Below are positions 10,740-22,360 of a stretch of DNA of 64,000 nucleotides, piece by piece (within the stretch, counting starts at the first letter, position 1; each line of letters starts with the position of its first letter). The translations under genes and the position numbers were made by a program. Under the pieces are notes generated by a model that searched no databases, had not been told where the DNA came from, and worked only from the letters and a program-made list of their open reading frames with translations. This DNA comes from Leucoraja ocellata (Eukaryota): positions 1-64,000 of the forward strand of contig JAWMAR010002443.1 of assembly GCA_036785375.1 (NCBI GenBank). The letters are read 5' to 3'.

Positions 10740-12198
10740 AGGCCCCTGAGCGTAGGTGGCGTGGGGTTGTTCGAAATCCGAATCGTCCGAAAGAACGGCT
10801 CTGTTTTACGTTTAGCCTTTCCACCCGCCGGTGGTGAGGCTAGCTCCGGCACAGGTGCTCCCGACAATGGAGACAGCACTGCCGTCTGCCGCCGCTGGCT
10901 GCCCGTTCCTGCACGGCTCTCCCCCGCCAGCTTTTTTGCAGCTTTGGTTCGTCTTCTGTCCATCCTAGAGGTAAGAAAAGCGTAGATCTCTTACCTGTCT
11001 TCACTGTCCTTCCTCCATCGAAATGACTCGTGCAATGCGTGTAGCTTAATGATGCGCATGCGGACTAGCGGACTCTTCATGGAGTCCCTCACGTGACTCC
11101 GAAGTAAAATGTTGAATTTTTGCTCTGAAAAAAATTGTGGAAGTTGGGGTAAGTGTGAGAGACATGTACCCAACATTATAATTCCAAACGTGAAATGAAA
11201 TGAAGGTAAAAAGAAGCGGGAATTGAAGGGACAACAGCAGCTAAAGTGCTTGGTAAACATTGGCTGTGCAGATATCGTAATTGAAAATATCAGAATTACC
11301 GTGTTTGCTCACTGCATTTCATCAGCAGTAAGGCATTATTCGTGTTTTTTCATGATTCCTTTGGTATCTAAAAAATCGCAGAAGTGATAAATCTGGCTAT
11401 AAATTTTTCTTCAGATGCGTTTTCATTTTGCACGGAAAAACCTACTTGAGAACCATGGGCGATTAAAAAAAATGCAGCCAGATTTATCACTTCTGAAACT
11501 TTTTAGATGCCAAAAGAATCAAGAAAAAACACAAATAATGCTTTAGTGTTTATGAAATGTAGTGAGCAAATGGCCAATGTTCGCTAAGCACACTTTTTTG
11601 TCCCTTCAGTTCTCACTTCTATCTACCGTCACGTTTGGAATTATGAACTTGGCTAAATGTCTCACATGCTCATCCCGATTTCCATAATTATTTGCAGCGC
11701 AAAAATCGACATTTTCGGCGGGTTTTAACGGATCCGCTAGGTTCAGATTCAGATTCAGATTCAACTTTAATTGTCGTTGTCAGTGTACAATACAGAGAAG
11801 CGGTTAACATCTCCCTGGAAGATGGAGTTGGAAACAATGGTAAGTGCCTACCTGCAGTACATCGCGTGCAATCCATTTGGTGTAGCGTCGCAACAGTACG
11901 GGTCATGGGTCGTGACNNNNNNNNNNNNNNNNNNNNNNNNNNNNNNNNNNNNNNNNNNNNNNNNNNNNNNNNNNNNNNNNNNNNNNNNNNNNNNNNNNNN
12001 NNNNNNNNNNNNNNNNNNNNNNNNNNNNNNNNNNNNNNNNNNNNNNNNNNNNNNNNNNNNNNNNNNNNNNNNNNNNNNNNNNNNNNNNNNNNNNNNNNNN
12101 NNNNNNNNNNNNNNNNNNNNNNNNNNNNNNNNNNNNNNNNNNNNNNNNNNNNNNNNNNNNNCGTATATGTGTATGTGTGTGTGAATATGTGTGTGTGT

Positions 12199-15100
12199 GT
12201 AACCATATAACCATATAACCATATAACAATTACAGCACGGAAACAGGCCATCTCGGCCCTACAAGTCCATGCCGAACGATTTTTTTCCCCTTAGTCCCAC
12301 CTGCCTACACTCATACCATAACCCTCCATTCCCTTCTCATCCATATGCCCATCCAATTTATTTTTAAATGATACCAATGAACCTGCCTCCACCACTTCCA
12401 CTGGGAGCTCATTCCACACCGCCACCACTCTCTGCGTAAAGAAGTTCCCCCTCATATTACCCCTAAACTTCTGTCCCTTAATTCTGAAGTCATGTCCTGT
12501 TGTTTGAGTCTTCCCTATTCTCAAAGGGAAAAGCTTGTCCACATCAACACTGTCTATCCCTCTCATCATTTTAAAGACCTCTATCAGGTCCCCCCTTAAC
12601 CTTCTGCGCTCCAGAGAATAAAGACCTAACTTATTCAACCTATCTCTGTAACTTAGTTGTTGAAACCCAGGCAACATTCTAGTAAATCTCCTCTGTGCTC
12701 TCTCTATTTTGTTGACATCCTTCCTATAATTGGGCGACCAAAATTGTACCCCATACTCCAGATTTGGTCTCACCAATGCCTTGTACAATTTTAACATTAC
12801 ATCCCAGCTTCTATACTCAATGCTCTGATTTATAAAGGCTAGCATACCAAAAGCTTTCTTTACCACCCTATCTATATGAGATTCCACCTTCAAGGAACTA
12901 TGCACGGTTATACCCAGATCCCTCTGTTCAACTGTATTCTTCAATTCCCTACCATTTACCATGTACGTCCTATTTTGATTTGTCCTGCCAAGGTGTAGCA
13001 CCTCACATTTATCAGCATTAAACTCCATCTGCCATCTTTCAGCCCATTTTTCCAAATGGCCTAAATCACTCTATAGACTTTGGAAATCCTCTTCATTATC
13101 CACAACACCCCCTATCTTGGTATCATCTGCATTCAATTTACCACACCTTCATCCAGATCAGTGATGTACATGACAAACAACAAAGGACCCAACACAGATC
13201 CCTGAGGCACCCCACTAGTCACCTGCCTCCAACCCGATAAACAGCCATCCACCATTACCCTCCGGCTTCTCCCGTTCAGCCACTGTTGAATCCATCTTGC
13301 TATTCCTGCATTTATACCCAACAGTTGAACCTTCTTAACCGACCTTCCATGAGGAACCTTGTCAAAGGTCTTACTAAAGTCCACATAGACAACATCCACT
13401 GCTTTACCCTCGTCAATTTCCCTAGTAACCTCTTCAAAAAATTCAAGAAGATTAGTCAAACATGACCTTCCAGGCACAAATCCATGTTGACTGTTCCTAA
13501 TCAGACCCTGTTTATCTAGATGCTTACATATATTATCTCTAAGTATCTTTTCCATTAATTTGCCCACCACTGAAGTCAAACTAACAGGTCTATAATTGCT
13601 AGGTTTACTATTAGAATCCTTTTTAAACAATGGAACAACATGCGCAGTACGCCAATCCTCGGGAACTATTCACGTTTCTAATGACATTTGAAATATTTCT
13701 GTCAATATCTTCTTTTAGCTTTTCTAATTTCTTTCTTAAGATTCTTTTTACATTCCTTATACTCCTCAAGCACCTCATTTACTTCATGCTGCCTATAATT
13801 ATTGTAGATCTCCCTCTTTTTCCGAACAAGATGTCCAATTTCCCTTGAAAACCAGGGCTCTTTCCAATTTTTACTGTTTCCTTTCAACCGAACAGGAACA
13901 TAAAGATTCTGTACTCTTAAAATTTCCCCTTTAAATGTCCTCCATTTCTCTTCTACATCATTCCCATAAAACAAAATGTCCCAGTTCACTCCTTTTAAAT
14001 CATCTCGCATCGCATCAAAGTTAGCCTTTCTCCAATCAAAAATCTCAACCCTAGGTCCAGTTCTGACCCTCTCCATAATTATATTGAAACTAATGGTATT
14101 GTGATCACTGGACCCGAAGTTCTCCCCAACGCATACCTCCGCCACCTGTCCAGTCTCATTTCCTAACAGGAGGTCCAGCACTGCCCCTCCTCTAGTAGGT
14201 ACCTCTATGTATTGCTGCAAAAAACTATCCTGCACACATTTTACAAACTCCAACCCATCCAGCCCATTTACAGAATGTGTTTCCCAGTCTATGTGTGGAA
14301 AGCTGAAATCTCCCACAATCACTACCTTGTGCTTACTACTAATCTCCGCTATCTCCTTACATATTTGCTCTTCCAATTCCCGTTCCCTGTTTGGCGGTCT
14401 ATAATACACCCCATATAAGTGTTGCTACACCTTTCCCACTTCTCAATTCCACCCAAATAACCTCCCTAGATGAGCCCTCCAATCTATCCTGCCAAAGCAC
14501 TGCTGTAATACCTTCCCTGACTAGCAATGCAACACCTCCACCTCTTGCCCCTCCAATTCTATCACACCTGAAGCAACGAAATCCTGGAATATTTAGTTTC
14601 CAATCACAGCCCTCCTGCAACCACGTTTCACTGATCGCCACAACATCATACTTCCAGGTGTCTATCCAGACTCTAAGCTCATCCACCTTTCTTACAATGC
14701 TCCTAGCATTAAAATATGCACATTTAAGAAAACCCCCGTCTCTTATTCTCTGTTTATTTCCTTTTTTTTTCTTTCTCCTCTTGTGTCCGAGTGCTTCCCA
14801 TTTCTGCTTCCTGCCTCCCATTCTGTCTACTACCTTTCGCTATTTGAGTCCCTCGCCCCAACCATTCTAGTTTAAAGTCTCCCCAGCTGCCTTTGCAAAT
14901 TTCCCCGCTAGGATATTGTTCCCCCTCGGGTTCAAGTGCAACCCATCCTTTCTGTACAGGTCCCACCTTCCCCAAAAGAAGTCCCAATGATCCAGGAACT
15001 TGAATCCCTGCCCTCTGCACCAGTCTTTCAGCCACGCATTAATCCTCCACCTCGCTCCATTCCTACTCTCACTGTCGCGTGGCACAGGCAGTAATCCTGA

Positions 15101-15420
15101 GATTGTTACCTTTTTGGTCCTTTTTCTTAACTCTCTTCCCAACTCCCTAAATCCTCCCTTCAGGACCTCTTCCCTTTTTTTTCATATGTCATTGGTACCT
15201 ATATGTACCACGACCTCAGGCTCCTCTCCCTCTGATTTAAGGATATCTTGGATGCGTTGAGACACGTCCGAGACCTTCGCACCAGGGAGGCAGACCACCA
15301 TCCTGGTCTCCCGACTGCGTCCGCAGAATCGCCTATCCGACCCCCTAACAATAGAGTCCCCAATTACTATTGCCCTCTTTTTTTCCCTACCTTTTGGAGC
15401 AACAGGGCCGGTCTCTGTGC
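12199..15420 (-). mobile_element. Long CR1 LINE (ORF1 esterase, endonuclease, RT; internally deleted, frameshifted)
   Basis: GDSIVRG, VHIGTND and DGLHLN (SGNH esterase); FNARSI, SETWL and SDHN (APE); [10 protein letters not shown] (RT); taaccata tail. Confidence 0.95.
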
Positions 15421-16253
15421 TCTGTGTGTACATGTGTGTGTCTGAATATGTGTGCGTGAATATNNNNNNNNNNNNNNNNNNNNNNNNNNNNNNNNNNNNN
15501 NNNNNNNNNNNNNNNNNNNNNNNNNNNNNNNNNNNNNNNNNNNNNNNNNNNNNNNNNNNNNNNNNNNNNNNNNNNNNNNNNNNNNNNNNNNNNNNNNNNN
15601 NNNNNNNNNNNNNNNNNNNNNNNNNNNNNNNNNNNNNNNNNNNNNNNNNNNNNNNNNNNNNNNNNNNNNNNNNNNNNNNNNNNNNNNNNNNNNNNNNNNN
15701 NNNNNNNNNNNNNNNNNNNNNNNNNNNNNNNNNNNNNNNNNNTTCGTAGTTGAGAGCTTATTTGTTAAGTTTAATAGCGTGATGGCTGTCATGAAGAAGC
15801 TGTTCCTCAATGTAGATGTTACAATTTTCAGTTTACAAAAGTCGGACGTGGCTCCAGAAGTCAGGCATCAGTCAGTCCACAAGCCGTGAGAGTCAGTCAG
15901 TCTAAAGGAAATGTGTTAATCCCAAGGCAGTGAGTGAGTCCACAGGTCATGAGTAAATCGCTCACTGCCCCCTCTCCTCCACTGACATTCCGCACCTCAA
16001 GATGCTGCCCTCTGCCTGGCTATAGGATGCACCTCGTACTGAAGACGCCCTCATCCCCTGCATGAGCCCCCCCCCCCCCCCCTTTCTCATCAGCTCACGA
16101 GAACCCCCGCCTGAAGCTGTGCCCCTCCCTTGGCTGCACGATGTTTATCACCCCCCACCCCACCCTGACAGCCCCCAACTCAAAAAAATGTTTTGCACAA
16201 AATCTTTACAAAATTAACAACTGAAATTGTCTTTCGGCTGCTTTTTCAACATC

Positions 16254-16545
16254 ATGTCAGGACATGTTAGAGGTCAAGGTGATGTGGCTATTGCTGTAGT
16301 ATTCTCTGGGATAGCAGCTACATTTCTGCCTGGCGGAGGAACTACACATTATCGATTCAAGATACCCATCCAAGTGGCCGAGGATACATTGTGCAACATC
16401 GAGAAGAAGTCTATGACGGAACATTTCACGAGGCAAGTGAAAGTCATTGTTTGGGATGAATGTCCAATGATTAGGAGAGAATGCTTTGAAGTTGTGGACA
16501 GAACTCTTCCAGATGTCTTCAGCAACTCTAAGCATTTTGGTGCCC
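16254..16545 (+). pseudogene. Helitron RepHel Pif1 helicase fragment
   Basis: SGIAATFLPGGGTTHYRFKIP...VIVWDECPM, Pif1 motifs Ia/Ib and Walker B; Walker A is absent. Confidence 0.85.
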
Positions 16546-18329
16546 CTCCGCCAGTAGAGCCTTCAATGACTGAGCTGCCAGCCCAAAAATCCATTCCGCC
16601 CACAAACTCCATACTAGCCCTATAGAAACCAGTACCTTCGGTCCAACCTACTAGCTCAACAGAGATATGAAGGGAAATGTCAAAGGTTTCCTGAAGGATG
16701 GAACATCGCCCAAGAATGTTGTCATTTATAGCGTGCTTCGTTGAATGATGACTTCTGAGATAAATTATCAGATTTTCCTTCTTAAAATTTGACCGCTGGC
16801 TTTCTCTGTATTAAAATTGTCTCTTTTTATCAACAGGAAATAGGCATCAAGAGGCAGCGAGCAGCAGAACGCAACAAGACGCAAAAAGACACAAGTAAAA
16901 ACTTAATAAATCTCAACTTTAAAATTTAAATTGTTCATATATTTAAGTCATTCACATTTTAAACTTTAATAAAACCTTTTTGCACTTTTAATGCCGTGTG
17001 TTCTTCATCACAATAGAACCTAATAGGCAGGAACGGCTGCTCTGTGGGAGAGCTACTAAGAGTGCATGGGGGGTAGGTTGTTTAGAGATGCACTGAATGT
17101 GTGGGTGGGAGGGGAATGGCAAGGAGCATAGTGTGGGGAGGGGGGTGGGGTGAGTGAACTGCCAGCCTACAAGGCGTGAGTGACTGCACTGCCAGCCCAC
17201 GAGCCGTGAATTAGTGAACTGCCAGCCCACCAGCTGAAAGGGACTGAACTGCCAGCCTAATAATCCATTCAGTCCACCCTCTTCCCCCATTCTCTCTTAG
17301 TCTCACCTGTTTTGGGCAGAATTTCTGGCAGTTTCTCAGCCGCCAGCCTGCCAGGTCCGAGTGATTGTACTCACTTGTACAGGCCTCAGTGACTGTGCTG
17401 CCAGCCCATAAATCAATTTGACCGACAAATTCCATACTGGCCCTCTGGAATTCAGTACCTTCGGCCCCCAACACTCATACTAGCGCAACAGAAAGCCACA
17501 CCCCCCTCCCCCCACTGGCCAGCAATATTGGAATTTGGGGAGAGGTGGAATATTGTGTTGGGTGTCCAGCCCTCCCGCATGATGCTGGGATCCAACGGGT
17601 CCCACTTAGTCTAGTATTTATTAAAACCAAAAAAGATGGTGGATGTCGCATCATCATTGACTTAAACGCATTGAATACTTTCGTTAAGTATGTACACTTT
17701 AAAAAGGAAACATTTGTGACTGCCAAACAATTGATTTCCAAAGGATACTTTTTGGCGAGCATCGACTTAAAAAATGCATACTATTCAGAACCCATTCATA
17801 AGGATCATCGTAGATACCTAACATTTTCCTGGTTGGGGCAGCAATGGCAGTACAAATCGTTTGCTAATGAGCTAACATCAGCCCCAAGACTGTTTACCAA
17901 GATATTAAAACCAGCCTTGGCAAAAGTAAGAAAACAAAAACATATTGTCATGGCATATCTTGATGAAATTTTGATACTAGGCAAAACCATGGAATTAGCT
18001 AATTCAGCAGTATTAGCTACTAAACATTTATTTGAAACCTTGGGCTTTGTCATACATCCAGATAAATCTAAGTTGACGCCATCCACAACTATGGATTATC
18101 TGGGATTCACAATTAACTCAGTCCACATGTCTGTAACGTTGCCAAAAGAGAAATCAGCAGAATTGGCACAAACCTGTAACAAATTAATGGTTAACAATCA
18201 ACCAACCATACGATAAGTGGCAAGACTAATTGACAAATTAGTACCAGCATTTCTAGCTACCCAGTTTGGACCTTTACATTATCAAAACGTACACAGAGCA
18301 AAGGAGCAAGCGTTAAAAAAACACGCAGT

Positions 18330-20210
18330 TCTGAATTAGGGTAAATGTCTCACATGCTCATCCCGATTTCCATAATTATTTGCAGTGCAAAAATGCACAT
18401 TTTCGGCGGGTTTTAACGAGCCTGCTACGTTCGGTTTCTGATACAGATTCAACTTTAATTGTCGTTGTAAGTGTACAGTCCAGAGACAACGAAATGCGGT
18501 TAGCATCTCCCTGGAAGATGGAGTTGGAAACAATGGTAAGTGCCTATCTGCAGTACATCTCGTGTAATCCATGTGGTGTAGCGTAGCGACATATTTGGAA
18601 TAGCAGCACATTTGTAAAGTGGTGAAATCATTGGACAAAGTCAGCATGGATTTACGAAAGGTAAATCATGTCTGACGAATCTGATAGAATTTTTCGAGGA
18701 CGTAACTACTAGTGTGGATAGGGTTTAACCAATGGATGTGCTGTATCTGGACTTCCAGAAGCCTTTCGACAAGGTCCCACATAAGAGATTAGTATACAAA
18801 CTTAAAGCACAAGGCATTGGTGGTTCAGTATTGATGTGGATCGAGAACTGGCTGGCAAACAGGAAGCAAAGAGTAGGAGTAAATGAGTCGTTTTCACAAT
18901 GGCAGGCAGTGACTAGTGGGGTACCGCAAGGCTCAGTGCTGGAACCCCAGCTATTTACAATATATATTAATGAACTGTATGAGGGAATTGAAGGCAACAT
19001 CTCCAAGTTTGCGGATGCCACTAAGCTGGGGAGCATTGTTAGCTGTGAGGAGGATGCTAGGAGACTGCAACGTGACTTGGATAGGCTGGGTGAGTGGGCA
19101 CATATTTAGCAGATGCAGTATAATGTGGATAAATGTGAGGTTATCCATTTTCGTGGCAAAAACAGGAAAGCAGACTATTATCTAAATGGTGGCCGATTAG
19201 GAAAAGGGGTCATGCAGCGAGGCCTGGGTGTCATGGTACACCAGTCATTGAATGTAGGCATGCAGGTGCAGCAGGCAGTGAAGAAAGCGAATGGTATGTT
19301 AGCTTTCATAGCAAAAGGATTTGAGTATAGGAGCAGGGAGGTTCTGCTGCAGTTGTACAGGGTCTTGGTGAGACCACACCTGGAGTGTTGCTTACAGTTT
19401 TGTTCTCCAAATCTGAGGAAGGACATTATTGCCATAGAGGGAGTGCAGAGAAAGTTCACCAGACTGATTCCTGGGATGTCAGGACTGTCTTATGAAGAAA
19501 GACTGGATAGACTTGGTTTATACTCTCTAGAATTTAGGAGATTGAAAGGGGATCTTATAGAAACTTACAAAATTCTTAAGGGATTGGACAGGCTAGATGC
19601 AGGAAGATTGTTCCCGATGTTGGGGAAGTGCAGGACAAGGGGTCACAGCTTAAGGATAAGGGAGAAATCCTTTAAAACCGAGATGAGAAGAACTTTTTTC
19701 ACACAGAGAGTGGTGAATCTCTGGAACTATCTGCCGCAGAGTGTAGTCGAGGCCAGTTAATTGGCTATATTTAAGAGGGAGTTAGATGTGGCCCTTGTGA
19801 CTAAGGGGATCAGAGGGTATGCAGAGAAGGCAGGTACGGCATACTGAGTTGGATGATCAGCCATGATCATATTGAATGGCGGTGCAGGCTCGAAGGGCCG
19901 AATGGCCTACTCCTGCACCTAATTTCTATGTTTCTATGTTTCTAACAGTACGGGTCATGGGTCGTGAACCGNNNNNNNNNNNNNNNNNNNNNNNNNNNNN
20001 NNNNNNNNNNNNNNNNNNNNNNNNNNNNNNNNNNNNNNNNNNNNNNNNNNNNNNNNNNNNNNNNNNNNNNNNNNNNNNNNNNNNNNNNNNNNNNNNNNNN
20101 NNNNNNNNNNNNNNNNNNNNNNNNNNNNNNNNNNNNNNNNNNNNNNNNNNNNNNNACTACATGTGTGCGTGTGAATATGTGTGTGTGTGAATATGTGTGC
20201 GTATGTGTGT
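18330..20210 (+). mobile_element. Partial Helitron-composite copy inside DIRS copy 2
   Basis: 18340-18590 and 19944-19970 match 11654-11916; followed by a gap and the gtgtgaatat satellite. Confidence 0.75.
18590..19943 (+). mobile_element. CR1 LINE RT fragment (TTTCTATG tail)
   Basis: [25 protein letters not shown] and VRPHLE motifs; tail tttctatgtttctatgtttcta. Confidence 0.95.
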
Positions 20211-22360
20211 GGACCTTTACATTATCAAAACTTACAATGAGCAAAGGTGCAAGCGTTAAAAAAACATGCAGTTCACTTTGACCGACCCATGAAATTGCGC
20301 ATTGAAGCAATATCAGAGTTACAATGGTGGAAAGAGAACGTTTGACATAGTTCCAGTCCCATCATTATCAATAACACAACATTAACAGTACAAACAGATG
20401 CCAGTGCTCAAGGCTGGGGAGCAACTAATACCATATCCAGTACAGGTGGTAGATGGACTAATCTAGAATCATCACTACTACAGACACTGGGCATTAACTA
20501 TTTGGAAATGTTAGGTGCGTTCTATGGTTTAAAGGCATATTTTCAAATATGCACCATTTGCATGTTCGTTTGCAGATTGACAATACCACAGTGGTGGCCT
20601 ATATTGACCACGTAGGCGGGATAAAATCGATATCATGTGATAATTTGGTCAACACAATCTGGCAATGGTTTGTCGACAAACATATTTGGCTATCAGCAAC
20701 TTACCTACCAGGTAAGCTAAATACAGTGGCAGACACCAGGTCACGCAAGTCCAATGATAACACCGAATGGCTGTTAAACCCCAAAGTATTTGCTGAACAT
20801 TACAAAGCAATATGGAACACCAGATATCGATCACTTTGCATCCCGACTGTATCACCAGCTACCGATGTATGTCGCTTGGGAATCAGGCCCTGAGGCAGCG
20901 GCGATGGATGCATTCGAGCTGAACTAGGGGAACTATTGTTTCTATTATTTCCACCCCTTCTGCCTCATCAGTCGGGTACTACGCAAAATACAGATGGACT
21001 CTGTTTCAGGCATTTTGGTAGTACCCGACTGGCCTACAGAGCCATGGTTCCCAATGGTCCTTGACAGGGTCGTTGAAACACCCATGACCATTCCCAGCGG
21101 ACCAGATCTACTGATTCACCCAGTGTCAGGCGAAAGTCACCCATGCCATGACAGAATTAACCTATTGGGTAGCAGATTCTAAAAAGACCTTTGCTGGACC
21201 TGGGATTGTCAAATAGGACCATGGACACGATGACAGCATCTCACCGACTTTCCACCAAGAAACAATACCTCTCGAGTATAAGAACATGGGAAACATACCG
21301 CTCGACAACAGGGACAACCTACAGATCAACCAACATAACAAATGTCCTGGAGTTCCTGACCAGCCTTCACCGTGATGAAGGTTTGAGCTATGGCCCTATC
21401 AATTGTGCGAGAAGTGCACTGTCAGCATACCTAAGGCACCAGGACAACGGGCCATAGGGTCTCATCCGCTGGTGGCCAAATTAATGAGAGGGATCTTCAA
21501 TTCAAACCTCCCTAGACCTGGGTACACCAAGATCTAGAAAGTCAGCGTTGTCCTCACGTACCGAAAGGGTGGCCACCAGCCAGATCCCTCACTCTGGAAC
21601 AGCTAACCCTGAAAACAGCCATGCTGATAGCTTTAGTCTCAGCACAAAGGGTCCAGTCCCTTCACCTACTCAGACTGGACAATATGGTCGTAACATCGGA
21701 CCAAATAACATTCACCATTCAGGAGCTGGTAAAACAGAGCAGACCAGGAACTTCAGGACTCATTATTGGATTCCGGGCGTATCCATCTGACCCCCATTTG
21801 GGTGTCATGCCTCACTTTCTACTATACATCAACACAACCAAAAAATCCCAAGGGAGAGAAAAAGCACTGTGGGTCAACCACAAAAAGCCACATGGTCGGG
21901 TGTCGAGTCAAACCATCTCTAGATGGCTCAAACAGGCTCTGGGAGCTGCAGGAGTGGATACTGATATTTACACATGTCACTCCAACAGAGCAGCATCCAC
22001 GTCGGTGGCTAAAATAATGGACGTGCCATTAGACCACATCATGGCAACAGCGGGGTGGTCCATGGAAAGAACTTTTAAAAGTTCTACGACAAGCCATTAG
22101 CAAAACCTGTTTTATTTGCAGGGAACTTTTTAGACTCTGCAAATATATAATTTAAGACTGGGGGAGCATTATTTTCTTTGTTCTTGTTTTCAAATCAATA
22201 CCATTATTGTTTTATAAACAGATTCATGTTAGTTTACGATAACATACTTGGATGACTTCGGCAGCGAGTGCAGTATGAACGGTTACACTGTTTAAAATCA
22301 CAGAGCTTTAAAATCTTCATGTGGTCACTCACGTGACTCCGAAGTAAAATGGTAAGATTA

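Larger units (their letters stand above)
6454..11110 (-). mobile_element. DIRS retrotransposon copy 1 (5' end intact, 3' truncated, pol/YR pseudogenised)
   Basis: gag-like ORF 9612-10739; RT pieces 9275-9736 and 8891-9274 (IDLKDAY, YLND); RNaseH 8150-8863 (QTDAS, IDNTT); MT 7791-8150 (DLFASRLN, YAFPPF); YR piece 6454-6770; terminus acgtgactccgaagtaaaat at 11091-11110. Confidence 0.93.
11106..17614 (+). mobile_element. Composite non-autonomous Helitron copy 1
   Basis: AT-rich block + (GT)-rich satellite/gap + Pif1 fragment; 3' hairpin gggatcc-aac-gggtccc (17587-17603), then CTAG (17611-17614) followed by T. Confidence 0.85.

Noticed and set aside
11688-12251. ORFs spanning N runs (also near 15.4, 20, 32, 35, 36.5, 37.8 and 39.7 kb)
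   Set aside because: Artefacts of assembly gaps and (CA)n sequence.
16227-16625. Host PIF1 gene exon
   Set aside because: No Walker A, three decayed copies, each embedded in a repeat, two of which end in a Helitron hairpin-CTAG.
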